Shown piece after piece: positions 41,494 to 59,483 of a DNA stretch of 64,000 bases (positions are counted from its first letter, which is position 1; every line of letters begins with the position of its first letter). The stretch is from the human T2T-CHM13v2.0 reference genome, Homo sapiens, in assembly GCF_009914755.1 (NCBI RefSeq), contig NC_060929.1. One strand, given 5' to 3'. The translations under genes were made by a program, and so were the position numbers. The notes under the pieces are model-generated. The model saw nothing but the letters and a program-made list of their open reading frames with translations, made no database searches and had not been told where the DNA came from.

Positions 41494-43957
41494 ATGACCC
41501 AGGATTTCTCTGATTTCTCCTCCATTGTTAATTTTGCTCATAAGGGGAGAGCGTCAGTCATTCTTGACTTTGCTTTGTAACATCTAGGATATTTCTTATT
41601 ATACTATGTAGTGTAGGCTTTAAATTAATTTTAATGTAATTTTTGACATACACACATACACATAAAACACTTGAAGAGGATATACATATCTCAAAATCAA
41701 ATAAAAATGATAGAATATATTTTACACACACATATACACACATGTGCGTGTGCACACACACACACACACACAAGTGAGGGATCTTTGGGATTTCACTGGG
41801 CCTCAACTTATCACTCAGTGACAGTTTCAGGCATTTTTCAAAAGTAATTCAACAGCTAATAAAGAGCATGGAGGTCCATTTTAGTCACATATGAGGTTAT
41901 ACTTTAGTTAACAGTATTTGAAGAAAAAAATAACCAGGCTGAACCTTGGCAAAATATTCCTCTTATCTTTATTTAAAAGTTAGAAAATAGAAACTGCAAA
42001 AAAGTTGAGAGTAACACAACCATGAATATTGATTTTCTAGGGAATTTCGAATGCTTTGTAAGTTATTTATAAAAAATGTGTTTTAGCAGAGAAATGGGAA
42101 GTGGTAAGGAAAATTTTATGTCTAGCTCTTGCATTGAGTCATTATTTGACCTTGTGCAAGCTACTTATGCATTCTGTAATTACATTTCCATATTGGAGGC
42201 CATAATACCTATCTTACTTGAAGATTCAAATAGTTATTCAATATTATGTCTTAGCATTTACAGCCCTCGTGCTGTACTATGTGCCTCCTAGAGGTAGTTT
42301 TGGCAATCTCAGAGTTTTGATAGCATTAGTGACACCATTTTTCAGAAGGGCTGTTTTCACAGGCTTTGAAGTGAAGAAGGTCTCAAAGAAGAGGCTGTTG
42401 GCCTGGGTTATTTTTTCCTCCAAAGGAGCATGTTGTATCTTCTCTTACTGGCCATATGGACATTTTGACTACATTCAAGAAAGAATTAATTTTTATGAAT
42501 AAGTTTTTTAAAAAATACAAAAAAATACACTTTGGAAAACCTAAATAACAGATTAATGTCCAAAGGAAAAAGCAAGTCACCACTTCTCAACAATCCTACC
42601 AGCAGGTAAAGTTGACCACTTGTAACATTCTGTTGTACGTCCCTCCAGGCTTCCAGACAAAAATAGACAAGGATTCTTTTTAGCTATCTTATTTTGTAAA
42701 TTGTCCCTTAATTTGTGTTTGATGTTTTTCTCATAGTTAAAAACAGGAGTTACAGGTTTTTGGAAGGAAGATCATAGTGACCTTTTTTTATCACATTATG
42801 TTAATGTGATTATTAACATAATGTTATTAATATGACTAATCACTGAAGATGTCAACCTGATCACCTCATGATAGAAAGCGTTTTTAAGTATGGCCATTTT
42901 ATTAGATTTAAGTTAATTTATTGGTGAGTTCAGCTCTATAATAGGACTCAATATGAACATGGGCTAAATTCTTTGTATCACAACCTTGAAGTTCCCCAAG
43001 AATTGCTAAGAGTCTATATTAACAAGCCTATGCCTGGTCATGAGTCTGGAAGATACCTCTGGGCTCTTGCCATCTCAGCTTTATTTGCTCTCACTATTCT
43101 AGGGTTAGAGATGGCAAGTAATTTCCTTAAAAAAATTTAGAGCTTTTTTTTTCCTGCTGAAATTACTTGGTTTTTTTTTTTAGACCATCTTTCTTCTCAA
43201 CAAATGATTTCCTATAATTGATTAATTATTCCATTCAGGGTGAAGTATCTGTGTGTGACTTTGCAGGCTAGAGAGGGTTGTAAATAATGACTTCTGTCGG
43301 ATCCTAGTCCTCAGTGTGTTTGCAGAAAAGCCAGCTCTGTTCTTGCTCAATTTTAGAAAAGGTCCGAGCTTGGGAAGTACAATTGCTGTTAATCCAGATA
43401 AGAACAAATCCCAAAGCCATCCTTCAGGTTTGGAGGGACCCTCTGGGGCACCATTCACAAGCTTTTCACTGACACAAGTTAATAAAATGCTTTTGGCCAT
43501 GGAAAAAATAAAAGAAAATATACAATTTCAGTAGCTCACTGGAGACTTACAACATGACTATTCACGGCCTTAACAAAGAACCACAGGGCATTTGGGTAAA
43601 GAAAAGCTACACTTAGCATTCCAGGCAAGGTTGTGGCAAAGGTATAACTTGACATGACATCACTTAGCACAAATATTGGGGAATAACATGCTGGGTCTGG
43701 CTTAGTTTGGGTTTGGCTTATTTACTGTTCCTCTGTCCCTTAAGAATGTTGTTATTCTCCTTTTCTTTTCCCTTCTCTTTTCATTTCAGAAGGAGAAACC
43801 AACTCCAAGTTCTTATTGGAATATTTACAGGGTACTGGAGGGGCTCACAGTATTAAGGAGAAGACTCCGGCAGCCTCTGAAAGAAAGAAAACTAGGGAAG
43901 CTCTGGAAACACCAATAAACGACCTCTGTCTAGGACGCTGCTGGTGGATGACTCAAT

Positions 43958-44255
43958 GTGATGGTTCATTTCATGTGTCAGCTTGGATGGGCTATAGGGT
44001 GCAGGTATTGGGTCAAACATTATTCTAGATGTATCTGTGAAGCTCTATTTTAGATGAGATAGACACTGAAATGGGTGAACTTTGAGTAAAGAAGAGCACT
44101 CGCTATAATGTGGGTGAGCCTCTTCCAATCAGGTGAAGACCTTAGCAGAAAAAAAACTGACTGTAGGCGTCCCAATCTCATGAGCCAACTCCTTAAAATA
44201 AATCTCTCTCTGTGTGTGTCTCTCTGTCTCTCTCTCTCTGTCTCTCTCTCTGTCT

Positions 44256-44293
<38 letters not shown>

Positions 44294-44328
44294 GTTGGTT
44301 CTGTTTCTCTGGAGCACCCTGACTGACA
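43958..44328 (+). mobile_element. MLT2-type (ERVL) LTR with (TC)n(CA)n microsatellite
   Basis: tgtgatggttcatttcatgtgtcagcttgg...cctgttggttctgtttctctggagcaccctgactgac. Confidence 0.85.
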
Positions 44329-44959
44329 TGCTCAGTTATGACTTTCCTCTCTCCTGGATCTCCATTCCAGACCTGATGCAGTGAGCATGCAACATTCTTG
44401 GACCTGAACCTACTTTGATTCAGGTGCTATGCTGTACATGACCTTCCTGGGTGTAAGCTGAAGTGGAGAGAACATTTACAACTTAGTGAGCTAATCAAGC
44501 AGCCCTGTCAACTGACAACCAGGATGGATGTCCTCATACCATATCACATTTGGCTATATTCTGTTATCTATCATAAGTTACTGATCCTCCTGCCACGTTT
44601 TTCTGAAATTTGATTTCAAGAGATGAGGGCACTCCTATTATCCAGTGTTTTACCCCAGAGCCTATCTTTACCCGTTAGGAATGTAACCCCTTAACCTCAT
44701 ACCTTGTGTAACTCCAAGTTGTAAAACACATTTAACATAATTGCATCTGCTCCTAAACCTCTCCCTTGTAGGGAATAGTGTTCATAAATTGTGCCTATTG
44801 TTAAAGACTTAAGCTGCAAAATGACCTCGTACTAATTTAGTTCATCATCGCAGATTATATCTTACATAAATTCTCTTGCTAATCAGATTTTCAGAACTCA
44901 GTTCTAGTTTTTCTCCTTTCTAACTTGCAAACTGCACATAAACAAAAAGCAATAATGGC

Positions 44960-45285
44960 TTTTTGTTTATTATTGTTGGTAAGAACACTTAATGAGACAT
45001 CTACCCTCTTAACAAACCTTTGAGTAATACTGTATTGCTAACTACAGGCATGACGCTGTGTAGCAGATCTCTAGAATGTATTCATCTTGCAAACTGTAAG
45101 ATACACCAAGAGATATGTCTTCCCCTCTCCCAGCCTTTGGCACTACCATTTTACTCTGTTTCTATGAGTTTGACTGTTGTGGCTTGCTCATGTAAGTGGG
45201 GTCTTGCAGTATTTGGCCGAGTAGTTTCCCACTGTGCACAGATGTCACATTTTCTGTATTCATCTGTCGATGGACACTTACATTG
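44960..45285 (-). mobile_element. L1MA/MB-type 3' fragment
   Basis: ggtaagaacacttaatgagacatctaccctcttaacaaa...gtagcagatctctagaatgtattcatcttgc. Confidence 0.7.
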
Positions 45286-46198
45286 CTTCTGTTCTAATGA
45301 ATTCATTACACAACGGGAAGTCTTGCTTTCCACCTCCTTTCCCCCCAACTCCCACCTACCTTGCTGGCCTTTCTGATACTAAAGTCTGCCTGTCCCATGG
45401 AGCCAGCTCTTTCCATCAACAGCCCTACGCTCTCTGCTTTGTTTGATCTCAGTTCCCTGGTGTTTGTTTCCACTTCCAACTTTCACTTAGGTGTCTGGAG
45501 AGCTGAGTGGTCCTTGAGGGTCCAAACAGCAAAGTACAGGAGCTGAGAGACTGAAAGGAAGTCTGTCCTTATCATCAGCCCAAGTGTGGTGGTCATGGTA
45601 GACATCTGCTGACCCTGAGCCTCCCTCCTGGAGTCTCTTTTCTGTTCCTACAGTCCCAACGCTGTAGTAACGGAGAGGAGGGAGGCATGGTTGGCTACTA
45701 GGCTCTGAAGGTAAATCTAGAAATCTCAAGGCCGGGAAGGGAGTTGTTGATTTCATAGACTTTCTTTTATTCAAGAAAATATTTTTGAGCACCTTCCTTT
45801 TGCCAGGCACCTTTCTAGAAAGTGAAGATAAAGTTTCAGCTCTCTCAGAGCTTATACTCTAGTCCAATGGAGGCCGACACAGTACATGGTGACGAGTAAC
45901 AGAGGTAGGCTTCTGGTATTCTCCTCTAAAACAGACTGAAATGCTGAATGATGATCCAGTTTCTAAAGCTTTCCGATATTAATATAATGTGTTGTTTCTG
46001 GACAGTTCCTTGGAACACATTTTAAAAGATGAAAGTCAGGTGCCAAGGCATTCATGCTTTATGTTATGTGCAGGCAAGATCTTTCAGGAAGCAATTTTGG
46101 GTAGGGAGAGGCTGGCTTGCGTACACTTTATCCCTTTCGGTTATTCATGCCAGAGAGATGGGGCAAGTCTTTTGAAGACAGTCCTTCATTCTCTCTAG

Positions 46199-46414
46199 CA
46201 GGTGTCAGTAAACTGTGGCTAAAGGACAAGTCCAGTCCACTGCCTATTTTTGTAAATAATGTTCTAATGGAACACAGCCACATCACTCACTTAAGTATTG
46301 TCTGTGGCCGCTTTTGTGCTACAAGAGCAGAATTGAGTAGTTGCAACAGAGGTGGCATGGGCTGTAAAGCAGAAGTATTAATTTGACCCTCTAGAGAAAG
46401 TGTGTAGGCCCCTT
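46199..46414. mobile_element. MER58A (hAT-Charlie)
   Basis: gcctatttttgtaaataatgttctaatggaacacagccac...gcagaattgagtagttgcaacagag. Confidence 0.8.
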
Positions 46415-46422
46415 CTCTACAA

Positions 46423-46606
46423 CAGTGGTTTTAGTGTGGTCCCTGGAGCAGTAGCATCTGCACCACTGAGAGGTTATAAAGAAATCCAAGTTCTTATCCT
46501 ACCATAGATCTGCTAAATCTGAAACCCTGGGCTGGGCCCCAGCAATCCATGTTTTCATAAGCCCTCCTGGTGGTTCTAACGCATGCTAAAGTTTGAGAAC
46601 CGCTGA
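46423..46606. mobile_element. MER5A
   Basis: cagtggtttt..gtgtggtccctggagcagtagcatc...aagccctcctggtggttctaa.gcatgctaaagtttgagaaccgctg. Confidence 0.8.
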
Positions 46607-47876
46607 ACATCACTAATCTATAGTTTCTAGGGGACTATTGCCTGCTAGGAAGTCAGAAGCCTGCAGCAGTTTTGAAATACTGATATCTCCTTATTCTTTT
46701 ACATGATTGCTTATAAACTGAGTGCTGTGTGTCATGATGTATTGGGTGATGCATTTCAAGAGAAGCTATGTGTAATGGCGCTAATGATTAAGAATTGTGC
46801 TTACAGCAGAAAGGATCATTAACTGATTTTATAACACTTATGAGGACTAATATTTAGCTCATTGATTTGTGAACATCGCATCAATGTTCCTTTTTAAAGT
46901 TAAATCTCTTTAAATTAATTTCGATCACAGTTGAGGAGAAGACGTTGACTGATGGCATTGTGTTCATGTGCTGTGATTGTGAACAGCTCCTGGTGTTTTC
47001 CCAGGTGGCCATGAATGGGTCTGATTTATGGATTCCCCTGAAAGGCACAAGAAAAGCATGAATGTCATGGTGTCCTTCTTGGCTGGGGTCAGTTGTGATG
47101 CTGCCACTGGAGGCTGCTGCCTCTTGCCCACTGTTACCCTCCTTTAAGGAAGAAAAGGCTGGCAGGCAGGGCACACACCAAGTCGAGTTTCAGTTTTGGG
47201 ATATCTGAGATGTGGTGTAAAGGACAGAATGGAAGGGCAAGCCCCGGGAGCTGTCAGCTTGAGGCCTGAAATAACAGACTTCTCTACTTCTGTGAGTGGA
47301 TTAGGAAAGAGAAGACTCAGTCAGACTTCTTCAAATTTTCGACTTGGCTGACTCTTGTTTCTGGACATTCAGACTTAAAACATCTTCATGGGCAAGTGCC
47401 TTCCTCTACCTTAATTTCAGGTTTAGTAATTATTATTATGAGCTTTTTTTTTCTCATTTATATTGCCTGTATCTCCTAAATAGATGGGATTTTCATGGAC
47501 AGCCTCATGATTTTTTTTTTTGCCATATTATCAACTCAAAGAAATGTATGATATCACTGTTCCAACTGATTAGGTAGACATTCATCATTAGGGTGACAAA
47601 GAGAAGATTTCACATCTTACCACTCTCACCCCAGTGGTTCAACAACTTTTTAAATGATTGTAGATGACAGGAGAAGTCACAGGTCAGGGGTCACTACTTG
47701 GATGGTGATTGCCAATACAACCTTTTAATATAATCTGCCCATATTTATGTTGAAGCGTTTTATACACGTGGTACTTTAACGCTGTGTCAGAAATAATAAT
47801 GTTCTAGCTGTACTGTACCATTATCGCTAATTGTAATTTTATTCTCAACTAGAGTACCTTTGAGTATTGTTTACTA

Positions 47877-48090
47877 CAGGGTTGGTAAACAGTAGTCTGC
47901 AAGGCAGGTCTGACCTGGTGCCTGTTTGTGTAAAGTTTTATTGGAACACAGTCATGCCCATTTCTTTACATATTGTTCATTGCTGCTTTTTGGCTACAAT
48001 GGCGGGGTTGAGGAGTCGTGGCAGACACATTTGGCCCCCAAAGTACAATAAATTGACTCTAGCCCTTTGCAGAAGGTTTGCCATCCCCTG
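47877..48090. mobile_element. MER58A
   Basis: cagggttggtaaac...aaagttttattggaacacagtcatgccc...aggtttgccatcccctg. Confidence 0.8.
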
Positions 48091-48287
48091 CTCTGCTGCA
48101 TCACTTCACACACCAACAAAGGCAGCAGCTCAAGGTTAGGCATAGACATTTGTAGACACAAAATCAGATCACAAATGCCTTCCTTCACATTTTAGCTCAC
48201 ATGCAGGTATCAGCAAAGAAGAGGAAACAAAGTGCTTTGTACTCAGAAAGTATTTCAGATAATGAATCACTTTATGATTTTCCATGA

Positions 48288-48618
<331 letters not shown>

Positions 48619-49939
48619 AAGTATTTTAAGGCTTCTATTCAAAACTAAAACGAACTGTTAGAAAAAATGTAATATCTGAAATATATCATTCTGAATATAT
48701 TTTTGTAAATATCTAATCACAAATGGTCATTTTTTAATGGAATAGTAAAGGCCAGACTTGATCTAACACCAGCAACAGTAAACAAGTGGGAGAAAAACAA
48801 ACATCTCTCCATGAATCCAATTGCGTGAGTGCCCTTGTTCACTACAGAGTGCTTTTCTTGATGATGAAATAAGAATGTCTACCTTTAGAACAATTGTCAT
48901 TCAGTGGGAGGTATGGAGTCAGCCTGGAGCACCTCTAAAAATAAAAAAATTATGAAATTCAGAAACTTATAAAATTCAAACATATTCCCTTTTCCTAGCA
49001 GGCAGTAAAATGACAGCCGTGTGAAACTCATGATTACAGTTAAGAAAGGAATAGAACAGAGGTCCCATTTGATCACTGTTGGGGTTAGACCTATTAGAAG
49101 ATGCATGCTCTGGAAAAAGAAGCCAATGACGAGAGCAAAAGGGCCGAGCAGCCAGGGTTGTTGCTGTTTATGTCTTTGTTGACCTATCCATCCATAATCA
49201 TATATTTTGAGCACCAGCTTTGCACGAGGCATCACCTTAGAGGTAAAAAAGAAAAAAATGAAATAAAAATAAGTCTTCCTCTAGCCTTATCATAGTTCTG
49301 CGAGGTCTTGGGTCTTTGGGGAGAACAGAGAGACCCCAGCCCCAGTGTTCACATCGCTTTGCCAATGCCCACACTTATGTGGGTATCTATCTGCAGCTCC
49401 ATCATGCCCTGGAATGGCTCTAAGACATGCTTCTGTGCTTCTTGCTGCAGCTCCTCCCAGTGGCCAACAGCAATGATCTGTCCCCTGTCTAGGGGCTCCC
49501 ATATACCCACTCTCCACCTGCCAGCAGAGCCCAGTCTGCACCCTCAGGTGGAGGGACAAACACAAGATGGGCCTGAGACGGGCTGGCTGAGCCTGAATCC
49601 AGCATTCTACCTTGATGAATCTCCTACTCTCTTGGCTTTCGATTCCCCCAGGGTAGAGCAAGGGGCTGTGTTCAGAGATGGATGGCTCCTCCAGCTTTAA
49701 CCTGTTGAGTCTGCACAGGGAGCCATCTCCTGGTTGCAACCAAGTCAGGGCATGGAGTGGAGCAAGAGTTAGAGGCCCCACAGCAGGAGTGGACTCCACA
49801 CCAAGATCCTCAGCTTAGCCTGGGAAGTTTGGATTTCTTTGGTTACGTTTAAGACACAAAACTGATTGAAGAGAGATTCACAATAGAGATTATGGAAACT
49901 AGCAAATAAACGGAAACATTGCTTCTGGCCCGTGAGTGG

Positions 49940-50165
49940 CAGGTTAGAGATTTAGCTGGGAACCTGGAACTTTGTCTTCCAATTCTGCTTCTGCCACTTG
50001 CTGGCTGTAAGATTTGGGGCAAGTTACTTCACCTATTCATACCTCAGTTTCTTCAAGAGTGAAATGGGAATATGAGGGGCCTGCCTCAGTGGGCCCTTGT
50101 TTAAAGAAGCTATTATGTTTAAAGACTATAGAACAACACAGGCAAACTGTGAGCACATGTTAGGC
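49940..50165 (+). mobile_element. MIR
   Basis: ttctgccacttgctggctgtaagatttggggcaagttacttcacc..cctcagtttcttca. Confidence 0.65.
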
Positions 50166-50794
50166 TGGTGCAGCACAGCCTCAGGGAACAGAGAGAAGGC
50201 CAGGGCTCTGGCCCTCATCTCTAACCCTGAGTGGTGACTCAGGCTGCTGCCCCAATGGCCTAAACAGTAGCTGCAGAGGCCTGACAAAACCCAAAAGCTA
50301 TACAAAGGCTCAGGTCTTGGAGATCAGTCTAGGTTTTCACTGGTGAGAAGGAAGAGGCCCTTCAGAAGATCCTAGAGAAGCCCCCAGGCTCTGACATCCA
50401 CGGCCAGTCCACAAACTCTCTACCACTGCTAGGCAAACAGGCAGCAACGGCTCTCCCTCCTTCCTCATTCCCACCAGCCTCCCAGTCCAGGCGTCTTTTT
50501 CTCTTTAAAGGTTCCCAGATGTGAATTTGAAAGGTAAGGAAGGAGAGGCAGACAAGAGAAGGGAAAAGATGTGGTTGGAGTTGCCCCTGATACTCACATT
50601 CTTCTAGAAAGAACATTCCTCAGCCTCCCACTGTATGCAAGGCTCTGAGCAGCTGATCGTCCAGACTAGTGAAGGCCCAGCTCTGTTCTGATGGGCTGAG
50701 ATGGAAGAGAAAGATGTGTTAGGCAGAAAGAGAAAATATGTGTGTGGCAGAGGACAGAGGCTGCTTCAGACAACTGCTTGCAGGAGCTACAGGG

Positions 50795-50990
50795 CATGTA
50801 CGCACACACATGCACACATGTAGGTGTACATGCACATATATAGGTACACACATGCACACACATGGGCACACATAGGTGTACACCTGCACACATGCATGCA
50901 CACAGTCACATGCATGAATGCACACATAAACACAGGCACACACACACAGGCCTTCCGCATACATAAATACACACACAGGTATACACACAC
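50795..50990. repeat. Degenerate (CA/TG)-type purine-pyrimidine alternating tract
   Basis: cacacacatgcacacatgtaggtgtacatgcacata... Confidence 0.85.
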
Positions 50991-52829
50991 TCAGGCAGAG
51001 CTACTTTCAGCTGCATGATGGTAGGCAGAGGCAGTGACAGTAGGAATGTCCAGCTTACTTATCTGCTGGTGAAGACCCAGATCAATTTCCCAGGTGGTGA
51101 CTTTCTGTCCAACATTAGTCCCCTGTCTTCTAGGGTTTGAGGCATTGAGAAATTGACAGCCATGGGCCCTGGAGGTCTGTAATTGTTTAGCAATCAGCTC
51201 TCTGGGGGTCAGGGATATGGGGGAGAGCCCTGATTTGTAGAGTTTGCCCATTTCTGTGGTGTAAACACTCCACTCATAAATGATTTCAGGCTACCAAAAT
51301 AATGTCACTGAAAACACTGTTGGTAGGAGGCACTAGTAGTCTGCTCTTGTAAACAATACAGCTGGCTTAGGTACTAAGGAATCACAAGTTGGGTAAAGTG
51401 AAGGAATGGTTTTCCAAATCAAAAGACCACCATGATACCAAACACCAACAAGAAACAGAACTGACACACCATCTCATCTACTGGACAAAATCTACTTGTT
51501 CAATTGATAACATGTGCTCCAGTCAACTAAAACAGTGGAGAAATCTTAGAAAGAAAACATTCCCTTTTGATTTATGACACAATGTATAGTTAACAAATGT
51601 AGAATTTTTTCCTGTCTGGAAATTGGCAAAATGATAAATATTACTGTATAAGCTCTGGGAGACATCTACTCTGATGAGATTTTCAGTTGTTTTGTTTTGG
51701 TTTTGTTTATAATAATTTTGAACAGCTTTGTATCACACTGAGTTAGGGGAAAGGAGAATTTACGAGAAATGCACCCTAAGTGAGGCCAGTGTATAAGGAT
51801 GTACCACCTCACATGTGTGGGATAGTTTTGCAAGAGGGATTAATGGTCATCTGAACCTTCAGAAAGACTGGAGTGGGCAGCAGCAAACTCCCCCTTCCTG
51901 AGAAATTGCTAAGTCCTTCTGCAAGCAACAGCCTTGTGCCATCATTTGGCAAAATCCTCATCAAACAACTTCTTTCATTCCTCTGCTTCCACCCAGTTGT
52001 TGCAGCTCAAATTTTTATTAGGTTTTCTGGATGTAAACTTGAGATGGCTCCCAATGCAAACAGAGAAAACTCCTGTTACAGTCCATTTAAAAAACTGCCC
52101 ACTTGAATAGGGGAAGAGGAAACACATTCTGTATTTATTCAAAAGCAATGGAGCCTCAAACAATAAGTGAAGATTATAATATTCTTGAGGGAGGCAAAAT
52201 TTTCAGTTTCAATATAAACTACACAATTGGTTATCTCTGTACCACTCAGAAAGTATCCCAGCCAAATGAGTGAAATATGCTCTGGACAGCCAAGATCCTT
52301 TACAGAACAGCAATCAAAACAAAGGAAAAAAAAGAGATAAAAATAGAACATCTCTCCCTGACACTAGCCCCCAAGCACAAAGCTATAAACCTATCAGAAG
52401 CGTAGGTTTAACATCTCATCCTTCAGGAAAATATTAATGAAGCTATAAGACGATCAGAGCTTGGATTTATGAGGCATCAGCTTCTTTCCAACTCCAGATA
52501 AACATTAAGCTCCAGCTTATAAGAGGAAAGGAGTTGATGAGTCTGGGTATAATCACTTTAAGTAAATGTAGTATCCAAAGTCTCAAAAACAAACAACTCA
52601 AAAAACAAATAAATACATAGGAAAGGGGCAGCAAACAGCTGGCTACTTTACATGTAATCTGGTCAAGCTTCACACACCTCCATCTGCAAGAGGCTCCTGA
52701 GGAGGAAACCAGGATTCACAAAGGCAAACTTCCACCCACATTCTCACAGCTGGTCAGTGGAAGAGACAGAATCAAACCTAAGGCTCTTCTGCCTTTTGCC
52801 ATGAAAATAGCATATAGGTCTGAAGAAGA

Positions 52830-53610
52830 TAATAAATTGTTGGAGCAGGAATAGAGGCACCCAGCACTTGCCTCCTCCACAAAGAAGGACCAAAACAGCA
52901 AACAGATAACCACACGTCGAATAGTGCATCTAGGATAATACACTGGAATTCAGCAGGGAAGTGGTAGGGACACTTTGAAGCATGGAGGTGGGGAAAGCAA
53001 AGCAGCTGGTCCACCTAAGATTGGTATAAAGCCAGAAGGAACTCCCCATTGTGGGGAAAAGATAGGCAAGAGATTCCCAACAGTCCACATTCCCACCACA
53101 GACTCCTGCAATACTGGTCATGAGAGAACCCCTTGGCCTTCACAGGCCCTGAGACTAGTACAGGGAGCTGCCTGGAGTATACATGACTGCATTGTCCTAG
53201 AGAGGAAATGCTGGATCCTTCTCATTCCTTAAGACCCAAGCTGCTATGGCATGGCACCATTTTGAGAGTCCAGCCTCCACCAGACTACATTCTGCCCTGG
53301 AGCCCAATATCCCCTGCATCTCCACATCCATGGAGTACCCCCTGAGCTGCCCCCATGTCCACCCAGAGGTCTTTAGCATCACAACACCATCTGGACCCAG
53401 TGGTTTGGCTGGATCCTCAGCACTCTAGCCCATGCAGTGTCCTATGGCCACACAGAGAGCAGGCAGTGCACCACACAGGAAGGCTACCCTCAGAACAGAG
53501 GGAGCCCAAGTGCATGCTCTCCAGAGCCTGGGAGCCACCTGCCCAGGGCTGCTGCCACCAGAAGCACCCCACCCCTCCAGTAGTGGGGCCACTGCACACC
53601 TGCATGCTGT
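52830..53610 (+). mobile_element. Older L1 (L1PB/L1MA-type) 5' UTR
   Basis: ggaatagaggcaccc..cctccacaaagaaggacc..cagataaccacac...attcccaccacagactcctgc...GC-rich degenerate repeats. Confidence 0.6.
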
Positions 53611-57780
<4,170 letters not shown>

Positions 57781-58146
57781 AGGAAAGGGAATTCTTATAC
57801 ACTGTTGGTGGGAATGTAAATTAGTGCAGCCATTGTAGAAAACAGTGTAGAGATATCAAAAAAACAAGAATAGAACTACCATACAATCTAGCAATCCTAC
57901 TACTGGGTGTTTATCCAAAAGAAAAAAAGTCACAGATTGCTTGAGTTCAGGAGTTCAAGATCAGCCTGGGCAACATGGCAAAACCCCGTCTCTACAAAGA
58001 ATACAAAAATTAACCAGGTGTGGTAACATGCGCCTGTAGTCCCAGATACTTAGAGGGCTGAGGTGGTAGGATTTCTTTAGCCTAGGAGGTAGAGGCATAT
58101 TATGCCACTGCACTGCAGCCTGGGTGACAGTGAGATCAGGTCTTTA

Positions 58147-58190
<44 letters not shown>

Positions 58191-58820
58191 TGAAAGGAAA
58201 TTAGCATATCCAAGGGATAACTGCATTCCCATGTTTACTGCAGCACTATTTGCAATAGCAAAGATATAGAATCAATGTAAGTGTCCATCAACAGGCAAAT
58301 GGATAAAGAAAATCTGTATATATACACAATTGAATATTATTGAGCCATTTAAAAAGAATAAAATCTTGTAATTCATGGTAAATGGATGAGCTTAGAGACC
58401 ACAATGTTAAGTGAAATGTCAGGCACAGGAAGATATGTACTACATGTTCTCTCTTATATGTGGGAGTTAATAAAAAATTTGAGTTCATGGAAGTAGAGAG
58501 TAGAATCGTGAGTATCAGAGGTTGGGGAGAGTAAAGGGGAGAGGGAGATAGGGAGGATCTGGTTAATGGATACAAAATTACAGCTAGACAGAATAAGTTC
58601 AAGTGTTCTATATTGCTGTAGGGTGACTACAGTTAACAAAAATTTATTATATATTTTCAAATTAGTAGAAGAAAGGATTTTGAATGTTCATGATATGAAG
58701 AAATAAATGTTCGAGATAATGGGTATGCTAATTACCCTGATTTGATCATTACACACTGTATACATGTATTGAAATATTTCTCTGTATCCCATAAAGATGC
58801 ACAACATATAGAATAAAAAA
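57781..58820 (+). mobile_element. L1MA-type 3' end, interrupted by a 5'-truncated AluJ (~57933-58150) with a (CA)n tail
   Basis: tacactgttggtgggaatgtaaattag...gggtgactacagttaacaa...gctaattaccctgatttgatcattacac...aataaaaaa. Confidence 0.85.
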
Positions 58821-59084
58821 AGAATCAAACCCAAGTTTTCCTGGCTCAAGATTACTTATCTTTTCACCATGTCAGGAGGGTGCCCTATTATCAAAAGTAT
58901 TATTTACATAACAACCTTTTAAAAAAATAACTTCCCCTTCATCAATTTAAAAGCTATAAGCATTTCATTTTGTGCACTTTCTAGAAACTTGTACCTTAAA
59001 AGCACTGAGGTGAATTTATTTTCTGAGTTGCAGGGGAAACAGATAGAACAGGGGTAGAGAAAGATACAACCTTGTGTTCACCAG

Positions 59085-59320
59085 AAGGCTGAGACATTAG
59101 GATCCTGAGGCCTTCAAGTTGAGTCCTTCCTCTACCATTTTGGAGCTGTGTAATCTTCAGCAAGTTAGTAAACCTCTCTGAATCTCAGCTGTCCTCCTTT
59201 GTAAACTGGAGTGAATAATAGATATCACTGCATGTAATAGGCATCACTGTTCAAAGTGTTTGATTAGATAAACTAGGTCTTGCTTGGCACATACAGAAGG
59301 CTGTGATTTTCAGCTATTAT
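59085..59320 (+). mobile_element. MIR
   Basis: ttgagtccttcctctacca..gctgtgtaatcttcagcaagttagtaaacctctctgaatctcag. Confidence 0.6.
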
Positions 59321-59322
59321 TT

Positions 59323-59483
59323 CTGTATTCATCAATCCTAAGATGCATTTTTTTTCACAATTTAACATTTTTTCAGTGCATCTGACTGCCTATGGCATCT
59401 GTGTCAAATTTTAATGTGTCACTGTGTCAAATTTTAATGATGCATCTTACAATCAGTGGAGTCTTGATTTGATGAATTGTGGT
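59323..59483. mobile_element. MER104-like (TcMar-Tc2) with an internal 23-bp-period duplication (59399-59439)
   Basis: ctgtattcatcaatcctaagatgca...tgcatcttacaatcagtggagtcttgatttgatgaa; ctgtgtcaaattttaatg x2. Confidence 0.55.

Noticed and set aside
49290-49799. Overlapping 169-aa and 130-aa ORFs
   Set aside because: Non-ATG starts, no recognisable domain, no convincing exon boundaries; likely chance ORFs.
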